Source: an uncultured virus (IMG/VR IMGVR_UViG_3300034072_001506) | Taxonomy: Duplodnaviria; Heunggongvirae; Uroviricota; Caudoviricetes | Reading direction: 5' to 3' (one strand) | Virus record (IMG/VR): IMGVR_UViG_3300034072_001506 | DNA length: 64,000 nt | Shown here: in pieces, positions 39,665 through 48,829 of the stretch | Numbering within the stretch: the stretch's first letter is position 1 | How the letters are laid out: every line of letters starts with the position of its first letter | Notes under the pieces: model-generated | The model's input: the letters and a program-made list of their open reading frames with translations, nothing else | The model's database searches: none | What the model was told of the DNA's origin: nothing | Position numbers and translations under genes: made by a program

Positions 39665-40914
39665 TTCAGGGCTTCCCTAATCCGGTCGTTTGACTCTGAG
39701 ATTCCAAGAAGTCTCAAACAATCCCAGATAGGTGGGCTTGTCTTGCTTCCTGTGAGGGCCATACGCAAAGGTGCTATCGCTTTGCCCAGTTTAATGCCAA
39801 GACCCTCTGCGGCTCCATTTAGGGCATTCATGACGCCATCGTGGTTCCACTCGGCCTGTTCCAGAGACTCACGAACTCTGATGAGGACAAGCTTGTCCTC
39901 ATCAGACAAAGGCTCCGAGAGTTCAATAGGAGACTTGGCCCAAAGAAACATCATGCCGTCAACCAACGCATTCATGTCAGCAGACCGCTCCTTGAGCGAG
40001 TCCATGGCGCCGAGAATCTTGTCGAAGGGCGGGGTTTCAACGCCTCGCTTGTGAAGCTCAGGAAGGATCTTCATGGCCAGGTGATGCGACGGCGTCTGCC
40101 TGATATAGTGGCCGTTGATGTGCGCGAGCTTTTTCTTGTCAAGCCGCGCAGGGTTGCGGCCCACATCCTTGATGTCGAACCACTCCACTGCCTGCTCCAG
40201 GGAGAAGATTTCGTCGTTGCCGTGGCCCCATCCCAGCTTGGCCAGATAGTTGACCATTGCCTGGGGCAGGATGCCCATTTCCTGATAGTCTGTGACGGCT
40301 GCGGCGCCTGTGCGCTTGGATAGCTTTTTGCCGTTCTCGTCCATGATCAGCGGAATGTGACCATAAGCTGGGATGGGCCAACCCATGGCACGGTAGATGC
40401 TCATTTGGCGGAAGGCGTTATTGAGGTGGTCATCGCCGCGGATCACGTGGGTTACGCCCATGTCGTGATCATCAACCACGACAGCCAGCATATAGGTGGG
40501 CGTTCCGTCCTTGCGGAGGATCACAAAATCGTCAATATCCTGGGGCCACGTCACAGTGCCCTGAACGAGGTCGTTGATCGTCTGAGAGCCTTTGATACCC
40601 TTGATCCGGATTGCTCCATCGTCCAGGTATGCGTCCTGGCTGTTGAGCAACGCCATAGCGACTTCAACATGGCGATCCTTGTTGGCGCTTTGATATTTGG
40701 GGTGCTCGTCTGCATTCAATCCCAACCAGGCCATTCCTGCGTGGATTGCGCTGACTGCCTCTGGGGTGTTTCGCTCCTTGTCAGTGTCTTCGATACGCAG
40801 GAGAAACTTGCCTCCCATGCGCTTGGCGTAGAGCCAGTTGAACAAGGCAGTGCGAGCTCCTCCAATATGGAGGTAGCCCGTGGGCGATGGAGCAAAGCGT
40901 GTCACAATAGTCAT
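39661..40914 (-). CDS. gltX: Glutamate--tRNA ligase (compact form)
   Basis: RFAPSPTGYLHIGGARTALFN, LRIEDTD, VIRGDDH, KKLSKR, anticodon domain LRMALTG. Confidence 0.95.
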   Translation of the reverse strand: MTIVTRFAPSPTGYLHIGGARTALFNWLYAKRMGGKFLLRIEDTDKERNTPEAVSAIHAGMAWLGLNADEHPKYQSANKDRHVEVAMALLNSQDAYLDDGAIRIKGIKGSQTINDLVQGTVTWPQDIDDFVILRKDGTPTYMLAVVVDDHDMGVTHVIRGDDHLNNAFRQMSIYRAMGWPIPAYGHIPLIMDENGKKLSKRTGAAAVTDYQEMGILPQAMVNYLAKLGWGHGNDEIFSLEQAVEWFDIKDVGRNPARLDKKKLAHINGHYIRQTPSHHLAMKILPELHKRGVETPPFDKILGAMDSLKERSADMNALVDGMMFLWAKSPIELSEPLSDEDKLVLIRVRESLEQAEWNHDGVMNALNGAAEGLGIKLGKAIAPLRMALTGSKTSPPIWDCLRLLGISESNDRIREALK

Positions 40915-40966
40915 AGGGCCACTCTGCATTCAAAGTGGGTCCTTGTCTACCGCTTTGTGGATCGCG

Positions 40967-41221
40967 TTACAGCGAGTTCACATTATCCCCAATGAACTCG
41001 TCACTGTCCTCGAGATCACCCTCGGGTGTGAGAAGCCAGCTGGTCAGAATCAGACCATTGTTGCCATATTCAACAACATAGATGTCACCAGCCGCGGTTG
41101 GGATCTCGTTGAGGAGATCCTTGGCTTCCCGATGCGCAAGCTCTTTGCTATTGACCTGTTCAATCACCCCACTGTTGGGGATAAAAGCAGCAAACATCGT
41201 AATCTCCGATCCTTGTTCCAA
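40967..41221 (-). CDS. Hypothetical acidic protein
   Basis: ORF downstream of promoter at 41229-41260. Confidence 0.45.
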   Translation of the reverse strand: MEQGSEITMFAAFIPNSGVIEQVNSKELAHREAKDLLNEIPTAAGDIYVVEYGNNGLILTSWLLTPEGDLEDSDEFIGDNVNSL

Positions 41222-41228
41222 CTCATTA

Positions 41229-41260
41229 GAGTTAGCATAGATAGGTGGGTCGTCAACCAG
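41229..41260 (-). promoter_or_regulatory. Early promoter cassette
   Basis: CTGGTTGAC-N15-GCTAACTC. Confidence 0.55.
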
Positions 41261-41292
41261 TTTCCTAGTTGACGACCCAGCAAACTGCCTTT

Positions 41293-41613
41293 TTAGCTGT
41301 TGCTAACGCGCACCGCTGCCACACCGTCCAGCGAGGGCGACAGCGCCAGCCAGCCGCGCTTTGCGTCCACCAGGCCGACCTTCTGACCAGCGACCAGGTT
41401 CAGACCGTCGAAACCGCGCAGGCTGAACTTGACCGACGAAACATCCTTGCGCGTCAGCTTGAGCAGCTTTTCGCCCTTGGGGAGAGCTTTGCCGCAGACC
41501 CGATCGGTGGGCTTGATCATGAGGATGCCGTCTTCCATCTTGACGCGGACCTTGGTAGCGTCCTTGACAAAAACCTGGGTTGCGGCTGCATTCAGGTTCA
41601 AAGTGACTCGCAT
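41293..41613 (-). CDS. Early basic beta-rich protein, paralogue of 54404-54778
   Basis: NLN...ATKVRV...DG.L..KPTDR....LPKGE.L..L..K....F...GW.AL. Confidence 0.7.
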   Translation of the reverse strand: MRVTLNLNAAATQVFVKDATKVRVKMEDGILMIKPTDRVCGKALPKGEKLLKLTRKDVSSVKFSLRGFDGLNLVAGQKVGLVDAKRGWLALSPSLDGVAAVRVSNS

Positions 41614-41650
41614 CTTGTTTCTCCTAGTTGCCTCAGCGCCCTGTGCGCTT

Positions 41651-41693
41651 CCGATAAACCAGTTCTAGCAGAAACAGGATAGATGTCAACCAG
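41651..41693 (-). promoter_or_regulatory. Early promoter cassette
   Basis: CTGGTTGAC-N15-GCTAGAAC. Confidence 0.7.
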
Positions 41694-41766
41694 TATTTTG
41701 AATAAATAGGTGTGCTTCGCGGGATTGCCGTCCCCAAGCACTCTAATAGGAAAGGACCCTATCAGC

Positions 41767-42441
41767 ATGTCTACTTATCAACCCTTCATCTACATCATCG
41801 GCTGGACTGATCTCAATATCTGGTATATCGGAGCGCGTTATGCTCGTGAAACCCAGCCTATTGACTTGTGGACTACTTATTTCACCAGTAGTAAACACGT
41901 TGAGGAAGTTCGCGAACATTGTGGAGAACCAGATTACTTTGAGTCATTTGTAATGCCTGATCATGATGTGGTTCGAACGTTAGAAACAGCAATCATCAAA
42001 GAATTCGAACTACACAAAAATACACGATGGCTTAATAAAGGTTGTTTTAAAACCTATCATGCGTCGCCTGAAGAGAGATCAGAGATGATGAAACGACATT
42101 TTGAAGATCCGGCGGCTTTGGAACGCAACAGAGCAAAGAGACGTGAAGTCAATAGTCGTCCTGAAATCAGAGAAATGCGCCGCCAGAGCGCAGAACGACT
42201 AAATTCTGATCCAAGTTATAAGAAATCTTTGAGCGATGGGCAGAAGCGACGATGGTCTGACGCAGATAGACGGGCTGAGTTTTCTCTTAAAAGTAAAGAA
42301 TTCAGCAACCGACCTGAAGAAATACAGGCTCGGAAAGATCGTGCCGCTGCTTTATGGGCAGATCCTGTCTATCGGGAAAAGATATCAGCTAGAGTGAAGG
42401 AAAGCTGGGAGAAGCGACGTTTGAAGAAGTCTAGCCAGTAA
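41767..42441 (+). CDS. GIY-YIG-like free-standing (homing-type) endonuclease
   Basis: FIYIIGW...WYIGARY...YFTSS...E...WLNK; basic helical C-term repeats; ATAAATA at 41702. Confidence 0.7.
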   Translation: MSTYQPFIYIIGWTDLNIWYIGARYARETQPIDLWTTYFTSSKHVEEVREHCGEPDYFESFVMPDHDVVRTLETAIIKEFELHKNTRWLNKGCFKTYHASPEERSEMMKRHFEDPAALERNRAKRREVNSRPEIREMRRQSAERLNSDPSYKKSLSDGQKRRWSDADRRAEFSLKSKEFSNRPEEIQARKDRAAALWADPVYREKISARVKESWEKRRLKKSSQ

Positions 42442-42453
42442 GGTCTATCCAGG

Positions 42454-42708
42454 CTACTGTTGTTCCCAAGAGTAGCCAAATTCTCCACAATTACGATCGA
42501 TGGAAAGCAGGGCCTCTTCTGCCGTGAATTCACCCGCATTTACACTGTTGATGTTAGCAGCAATAATCGCCCGACAATTCTTGGGCAGACCGGTTTCTTC
42601 GCCATAAGTCGGGAACTGGTTAGTGTCAGTCGGACTGCAGATGTTTTCGCATGCCGAGAGCGACAAGCCAACGGAGATGATGGCCAGGTTCAGGGTAAAA
42701 CGTGCCAT
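42454..42708 (-). CDS. Putative lipoprotein
   Basis: Signal peptide with lipobox LSAC; AGGAGA RBS. Confidence 0.6.
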   Translation of the reverse strand: MARFTLNLAIISVGLSLSACENICSPTDTNQFPTYGEETGLPKNCRAIIAANINSVNAGEFTAEEALLSIDRNCGEFGYSWEQQ

Positions 42709-42751
42709 GTTTCGATCTCCTTGCTCTGCAGCGCCGATCGCTGCGTCCATG

Positions 42752-42788
42752 TTCTGGTTTTAACAGAACTGGTGGAGGAGTCAACCAG
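42752..42788 (-). promoter_or_regulatory. Early promoter cassette
   Basis: CTGGTTGAC-N15-GTTAAAAC. Confidence 0.65.
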
Positions 42789-42808
42789 TTTTTCACCAGT
42801 TTTGAAAA

Positions 42809-43189
42809 TTAGGTGACTGGTAGTGCTTTGGGGCGACCGTCATCACCAATGTGGACAAACACATACATGGCTTCACAGACCTTGGTCTCAACCCCTGTGC
42901 AGCCTGCTAGCGCATAGGTGCAGACCATGACGTGCATAGACGTCCGGCCTTCCTTTTTGATGTCTGCGTAGATCACGACCTCATCGCCAACCTTGACCGG
43001 GGCCATGAACTTGAATCCCTCGACTGCCACTGTTACTGTTCGACCACCCGCTCGTCGCTTTGTGACTGCACCTGCGGCTAAGTCCATCCATGACATCAAT
43101 GTTCCTCCAAAGATATCTCCATCTGGATTAGTATCACCTGGCATTGCAGTGAGAATACGGGTTGGCATACGGGTTGGAAGGTTCGTCAT
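42809..43189 (-). CDS. Acyl-CoA thioesterase (hotdog fold, YciA-like)
   Basis: MPGDTNPDGDIFGGTLMSWMDLAA...VTVAV..F..PVKVGD...GRTSM. Confidence 0.9.
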   Translation of the reverse strand: MTNLPTRMPTRILTAMPGDTNPDGDIFGGTLMSWMDLAAGAVTKRRAGGRTVTVAVEGFKFMAPVKVGDEVVIYADIKKEGRTSMHVMVCTYALAGCTGVETKVCEAMYVFVHIGDDGRPKALPVT

Positions 43190-43238
43190 ATAACAATATT
43201 AGATAGACGCACTAGGAGCCGTCAATATAATAAGAGAT

Positions 43239-43892
43239 ATGACAACCCATCTTTACATCAAACGTCACAAGATTACCGGACTAAAGTATTTTGGTAAGAC
43301 TCGCAAAGACCCATATTCATATCTTGGATCGGGGAAATATTGGATTCGTCATATCAAACTCCATGGGAAAGAATTTGTTGAGACTGAACAAGTCTGGTCC
43401 TTTGATGATCTCAACGAATGTTCTAGATTCGCTATAGAATTTTCCAAATCCAACAATATTGTTGAGTCTGACCTTTGGGCTAATCTCAAAATAGAGAACG
43501 GGTTGGATGGGGGATCCTTCCCAACCGGCAAACCATTATCAGTTGATCATAGAAACAACATTTCTATGAAGTTAAAAGGTCGTAGGTTTTCAAAAGAAAC
43601 TTTGGACAGGATTTCAGAGAAGCTTTCTGGTAGGACATTTTCAGAAGAGCATCGTAAAAATATATCAAAATCTTGTCAAGGGAAGCCTAATCCACCAGTT
43701 TCTTTAGAGACCCGTAAAAAGTTGTCAGAGAGTAGGATTGGTAAAAAGCACTCCCAAGCTACCATAGAAAAACTGTCTCTTAAGAAGAAAGGAGAAAAGA
43801 ATCCGTTCTTTGGAAAACGGCATTCAGAAGAAACAAAGAAGAAAATGTCAGAGTCGGCCAAACTTCGTAGAGCTGCTCAGCCCAATAAATAG
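43239..43892 (+). CDS. GIY-YIG homing endonuclease with NUMOD3-like repeats
   Basis: LYIKRHKITGLKYFGKT...YLGSG; SEEHRKNIS, HSEETKKKMS, NPFFGKRH. Confidence 0.85.
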   Translation: MTTHLYIKRHKITGLKYFGKTRKDPYSYLGSGKYWIRHIKLHGKEFVETEQVWSFDDLNECSRFAIEFSKSNNIVESDLWANLKIENGLDGGSFPTGKPLSVDHRNNISMKLKGRRFSKETLDRISEKLSGRTFSEEHRKNISKSCQGKPNPPVSLETRKKLSESRIGKKHSQATIEKLSLKKKGEKNPFFGKRHSEETKKKMSESAKLRRAAQPNK

Positions 43893-43896
43893 TAGC

Positions 43897-44205
43897 ATGA
43901 CAAAGCCAACTGATCCTCGCACCATTCTCCGTGAATCCATTGACCGTGTTGACGAACTCATGGGCTTCAAGCATCCATTTAGCTTTGGACAGAAGACCCA
44001 GCCAAGTGATCAAGAGATTGAGGCAAAGGCTCAGCAACGCCTGCAGAATGTTGCTGCGCGGGCTAATGACGAAAAGAAGTCTTATGGATTTCTCAAGACC
44101 CTGAAGAGCAGAGTATTTGGTAAAAAGATCCCTGATTACCAGAAAGCCCCTCGTTCTCTTGAAGATCGTCTAAAAGCTATCGCGGATCGAGCAAGGAACT
44201 CTTAA
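43897..44205 (+). CDS. Hypothetical late protein
   Basis: ATAAATA at 43885-43891 directly upstream. Confidence 0.5.
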   Translation: MTKPTDPRTILRESIDRVDELMGFKHPFSFGQKTQPSDQEIEAKAQQRLQNVAARANDEKKSYGFLKTLKSRVFGKKIPDYQKAPRSLEDRLKAIADRARNS

Positions 44206-44996
44206 TCCCCTATTGATTTACGACGTCTCTGGGTCTCCAGGATTATGTTGGCAAATTGTATGCTAGCATCGTGCCCTGCATGTTGAGGCCCCGCTCGCTC
44301 GCTTGGAACAATCTTTTTTCTCAATTCAAAGGCTGCGTTCCGGAGTAGAGAATTTCTGCGGTGGGCTTCGAGAACAGGTGTCCAGTCTCGTTCTGCTATA
44401 AGCCTACTGATTAGCAGGGAATCGTAATCCGTATTTGATGATTGGTGTGATGTCAAGGTCATCACAATCAGAGCTACTTGAATCGCTTTTGCTCTGTCAT
44501 CCAGGGTGTCATCTGATTTGACAGCGCGGATCTTGTCAGCTGCCTCTTTTAGTCTGTTATCATGATCCTTTACACTCCAACCAACCGCTTCCCCGATATT
44601 CTGGATTTTGAGATGATTTTTGCTCAAGAATACATAAGGAAAATCTGGCTTGATCTCCCCTAAGCGGTTGAAAATAGATTCATGAATCCAAAACAGTTCT
44701 AGATTTTCTCCCAACCTCAAACCTGGAGTTTTCTCTAGCTCTGTGCTATTGAATTCGTCGCCTGATTTGATATTCAGTGAGGTTTGCTGGTTGAATATTT
44801 CAAGAATTTCAGGAGAGTCATCAACAAGGAGGTTCCCATAATCATTATAGGATCCTTTGATCAGAGTGCTGAATGGCTCAAAGAAGTCGCTGCGGCCTTG
44901 AATAAAGGATGGCCCCTTGAGGACCATTACATAGGCTGTTTCACCCTCGCTGATTTCAACACCAGAGAGGCCGCACGATTCACTCCAACTTCCCAT
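44202..44996 (-). CDS. Hypothetical protein
   Basis: 264 aa, MGSWSESCGLSG..I...GSYNDYG. Confidence 0.6.
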   Translation of the reverse strand: MGSWSESCGLSGVEISEGETAYVMVLKGPSFIQGRSDFFEPFSTLIKGSYNDYGNLLVDDSPEILEIFNQQTSLNIKSGDEFNSTELEKTPGLRLGENLELFWIHESIFNRLGEIKPDFPYVFLSKNHLKIQNIGEAVGWSVKDHDNRLKEAADKIRAVKSDDTLDDRAKAIQVALIVMTLTSHQSSNTDYDSLLISRLIAERDWTPVLEAHRRNSLLRNAAFELRKKIVPSERAGPQHAGHDASIQFANIILETQRRRKSIGD

Positions 44997-45059
44997 AATA
45001 CCTCGACAGCTTTATAGACATGCGGTATCTATAAAGCCGTCGATCACTAGAGGAGTATA

Positions 45060-45440
45060 TTATTGTGAATCAAAATCAGAAGATTGATACTTCTTCTGAA
45101 GGTAAGCCAGAACTCGCCGTTCCTCGGCTTCAATCTCCTTGGCTGTCAACGCCGTCCATTCGGAGAAAATAAGGGACATGAAGAGGAGAAGCCACATCAC
45201 CGCAGCGAAGATCAGCATAGTGGGATATATTACTGACAGCGTCTCCTCAATGCGGAGGGCCTGTGCAGGGGTCTGAGGGTCTTCAAACCCGTATTCCCCC
45301 AAGGACCAGACCATGGCAAAGGTCATTGGGAATATGACCAATAACCACCTGGCTGTCTTCCAAGCCCTGCTCGCGCATTCTCGAAAACTCGGTACATCAT
45401 CGGGTCGCATTGGTTTCTCCGTCATCAAATGATGCTTCAA
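45060..45440 (-). CDS. Two-TM membrane protein
   Basis: Two hydrophobic segments. Confidence 0.55.
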   Translation of the reverse strand: MKHHLMTEKPMRPDDVPSFRECASRAWKTARWLLVIFPMTFAMVWSLGEYGFEDPQTPAQALRIEETLSVIYPTMLIFAAVMWLLLFMSLIFSEWTALTAKEIEAEERRVLAYLQKKYQSSDFDSQ

Positions 45441-45592
45441 TAATTGTTGGCTTTATGTTCCTTCATCCAACCGCGGTCCCACGCCTTATAATCGTCTGAA
45501 CCTTTGGTGAATGGATTGTCTTCCCGTTCCTTGCTGTTGTGGTAATCGCTACGGCCCAGCTTGACCCTGGGATTGGGAGCCTTACGCATCAT
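45437..45592 (-). CDS. Small protein resembling the Rmf-like fold (not in ORF track)
   Basis: MMRKAPNPRVKLGRSDYHNSKEREDNPFTKGSDDYKAWDRGWMKEHKANNY; AAAGGT RBS. Confidence 0.5.
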   Translation of the reverse strand: MMRKAPNPRVKLGRSDYHNSKEREDNPFTKGSDDYKAWDRGWMKEHKANNY

Positions 45593-45610
45593 TCACCTTT
45601 ACTTCTGCGA

Positions 45611-46006
45611 TCACGCGGTTGCCCCAGAGGCCAGCCGACCCATGTTCTTGATGTTGTCGCCCAGCTTTGCCATCATCAGCTGATTCTTGAAGCTTTTGAC
45701 AAAGTTGGGGTAGACCTCCTCGATGGCCGGATATTCGCCGTCGCTGCCCCGTGTGGCAGAAATCTGACGATATCCCTTGTCGCGAATCTTCTTGGAGGTC
45801 AGATTCTGAAGTTCATGAGCGCCCCAGCGACCGGGATTGTACTTGAAGGTCAGAGCCTTCCGAGTATCTGCGCTTTCAGGACGACGACCCCAAAAGTTGT
45901 AGAGCTGACCCTCAACCTCGACCCAGCCCCAAATCTTATCGGAGCCCTTCTTTCCAGCATCCGGGTCCTTACACCACAGAAACGCCTTAATCGTGAAATC
46001 AACCAT
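45611..46006 (-). CDS. WGR-domain-like protein
   Basis: SDKIWG...NFWGRR...KKIRDKGY; AGGAGATCG RBS. Confidence 0.6.
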   Translation of the reverse strand: MVDFTIKAFLWCKDPDAGKKGSDKIWGWVEVEGQLYNFWGRRPESADTRKALTFKYNPGRWGAHELQNLTSKKIRDKGYRQISATRGSDGEYPAIEEVYPNFVKSFKNQLMMAKLGDNIKNMGRLASGATA

Positions 46007-46054
46007 GCTCGATCTCCTTTCAATGCTCTTATCTAGCATGAATAGGAGAACTGT

Positions 46055-46363
46055 CTAGTCCTTTTTGGAGCGGAGTTGTTCGCGCGCCCTCCGGATAGCA
46101 GTAGGGAGGTCAAGTCCCTCCTCTTCCCTGAGCTTGCGGACGAGTTCGACCTCGCGCTTGATAGCTTCACGGTCGATGGGGCGGAAGGGCACATATTCAG
46201 CGCCCTGCTCCTCGGCCCAAAGCTTGGCCAGACGTTCGGCGTCAGCAAGATTTTCAAAATGGTCCCAATAGGCCTCGCGATCCATGTATTCGCCCTGACC
46301 CCAGATCAAGGTGGGAAGAAAGAGACCGTGGCCAGTTTCCTGAACTTGGACAATCTTGCGCAT
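46055..46363 (-). CDS. Hypothetical early protein
   Basis: Behind promoter cassette. Confidence 0.55.
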   Translation of the reverse strand: MRKIVQVQETGHGLFLPTLIWGQGEYMDREAYWDHFENLADAERLAKLWAEEQGAEYVPFRPIDREAIKREVELVRKLREEEGLDLPTAIRRAREQLRSKKD

Positions 46364-46377
46364 ATCAATCTCCGTGT

Positions 46378-46423
46378 CTGCCTATAAACCAGATTTAGCA
46401 GAACTGGTGAATATGTCAACCAG
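46378..46423 (-). promoter_or_regulatory. Early promoter cassette
   Basis: CTGGTTGAC-N15-GCTAAATC...TAGGCAG. Confidence 0.7.
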
Positions 46424-46424
46424 A

Positions 46425-46718
46425 TTATCCCCACTTCAACTTGAAATAAACGATTTCACTTTCCATTGACTGATGCAGGACCACCAATGCCTGTCGAGAT
46501 TCTAATAGATTCAATAGGGTTTGTTCCTTATTTTCATCTGACCAAACTCTATTGGGGAGATCATGAAGCCAATCAACAAGCTGGCAGCACTCGTCTTCTT
46601 CGAGGTTGGGTCGAGTATAGATCTCAACCATGGCCTCATCTACTTCTGAGGCCTTGAAATCTTTTTCCACCTGATCCAAGATCTTTCGCAGGTTCTCCAA
46701 ACTGTAACGGTCATCCAT
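46425..46718 (-). CDS. Isolated LFKL-WG family member
   Basis: LVDWL...EIVYFKLKWG. Confidence 0.65.
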   Translation of the reverse strand: MDDRYSLENLRKILDQVEKDFKASEVDEAMVEIYTRPNLEEDECCQLVDWLHDLPNRVWSDENKEQTLLNLLESRQALVVLHQSMESEIVYFKLKWG

Positions 46719-46725
46719 TACTATA

Positions 46726-48829
46726 TCACCGATTGGCCAAATAATTGCGCCAGCTTTCAATCTCTTCGGCAGTCTTGGCTTTGGTGCGAATGGCAAAGAG
46801 ACGACCAGCATCTATGGCAATCAGAAGGTCCACAAAATCTCGCCAGGTGTCAGGGTCATGACCCAACCACTTGGCGGCTGCTCGTGCTTGATGTTCCATT
46901 TGCCAATGATCTCGTTTTACAACAGCCTCTGCGGTTTGTAGATCTTGACGTAAATTAGACTCTTCAACACCCTCGGGGGTTTTAGACATGGCCGTTATTC
47001 CATAGCACTTTTGCTGATCTTCTTACCGCTCTGGGGTCCACCTCTGAGATAGTCAAATGTTTTCCAATCAGCTGAGTGCTCAGTTTTACTCTGGTCGTCC
47101 CACGTGATGATGGTTGTACCTGCGCCAGTTTGCTTTTCGTCAACTTGGAAACGAATGTTGGTCCAACCAATACGCTCCAAATGCGCAATAGCTTCTTCAC
47201 GGGTTTGCCAAGCATATGAGAGACCATTCCTGACCCCTCCTGCACCAACATGCTCGCTACCTGAAAGGCTTACGGCTAGGACTCTTATCATGCGCTTCTA
47301 GCCTTGTGATATTCCAGGGCCTTTTCAGGTGTGCTAAGACCTCGTATGTCTCCCTCACTTATGTGGGAAAATAGCTTTTGGTTGTTTGGGAACCAAAAGT
47401 CCACCCCATAGACCATTGTACTATTCCCCATCAACCCGCCACCACCGGAGGCATGCCGTATTGTCCCATATCCGGCCTCGCCCATGCCCATGGAGAACAT
47501 AACAAAGTCACCGGGCTCATAAACCGTTGGTTTCGACTTACTTACTCGCCTGATCAGCTCGAGGATAGTTTCATCAGTGAGGTTGGCAATTCCAACCTCA
47601 TTCAAATATTCTCTGGCGACTTCCAGCTGTTCATTTTTCATTGTCTCGGTCCTTGAAGGTGTTCTGGTAGATAGGATGTTCCCACCATTCGCCACGATGA
47701 TACCATTTTTCTCGCCGCTTGGAATCGTCCAAGACACGCTGGATATTGGGACCACGGGTCCCAATCGACCATCCAAAAATGCTGAAGAACCCTTTCCAAA
47801 ATGATCCCATCACACTACCTCAAACTCTAGCTTTGATAACTTCTGGGCAACTGATTCCGCAGTGACTTGGTTTTCATAGTCAAGTCCTAGCTGTTTGAGA
47901 CCATATTTGTGTAGACGCTCAACAGCGTCATCCTTATTGGTCAGTTGACCAATACGTTCCACAATGAGAATTCGCCACCGGTTAAAGCCAATATTGGCCT
48001 TTGAACGTTCATAACCGGGGGTCTCATTACTATGCCAGATATTCACCATAACTGTCTCTCAAGTGCTCGAGGAAAAATTCCCAGTCGGCTTTGTGCCAAT
48101 CGCAGGGCATTGAATAGAGATTATTCTTCCAGGTATGGTATTCACCTGAACTTCTGTCCTTTCGAACATGGGCGGGCTGATTGATCAGCTTGTAACTGCC
48201 ATCCTCGAAATCAAATCCCTTGCCCTCAAGGCCATTCAGCATAAATGCTTCGGCCTCTTTGGGTGTCATGCTCACAAAGAGATCATACTGGACAAAATGG
48301 ATAGAAGGAGTTCTACTCATATCCGGGCTTGCCTTTGAAATACTTTTTCAGCATATCCTGCATGAAATCACCATGTGGACTTTTGTTTTCCGCTGCCTTG
48401 AGTGCTTCAAGCTCAATCTTGGTTCGATTAGCTTCTTCGAGCAGCTTGTGGACTTCCTTGAGCCATGAGCGCTTCACAGTCAGCTTTGCTTCTGGATCGC
48501 CTTGTGTGGCGATCCTCAGGGCTTTCATGTCAATTGCCATTGGATAACTCCTCAAGGTAGCCGTCCCGTGTGACCTTCCACTCCTTGAATGTGGAATCAT
48601 CGGGGTTCTTGATCGCGAGAATGACGTCACCGGCGACTGACATATCGCCGATCATCTCTGCCAGCAGCGCCAGCTCATCCGAAGGACCATCGTCGATCCT
48701 GAGAATCTCTGATTCGCTGTCATTGAGGATGATTGCCGCGTCCTGTATCGTGAGACCCAGGGCCGTGCGAACCGCGTAGAGGGGCGGAATCTTAGTCAAT
48801 TGACCGGTCACCATCGACGCTTTCTCCAT
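46726..48829 (-). other. Run of coupled small hypothetical genes (46726-46989, 46995-47291, 47288-47641, 47631-47813, 47810-48049, 48030-48320, 48313-48540, 48530-48829)
   Basis: Contiguous minus-strand ORFs with short overlaps. Confidence 0.5.
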
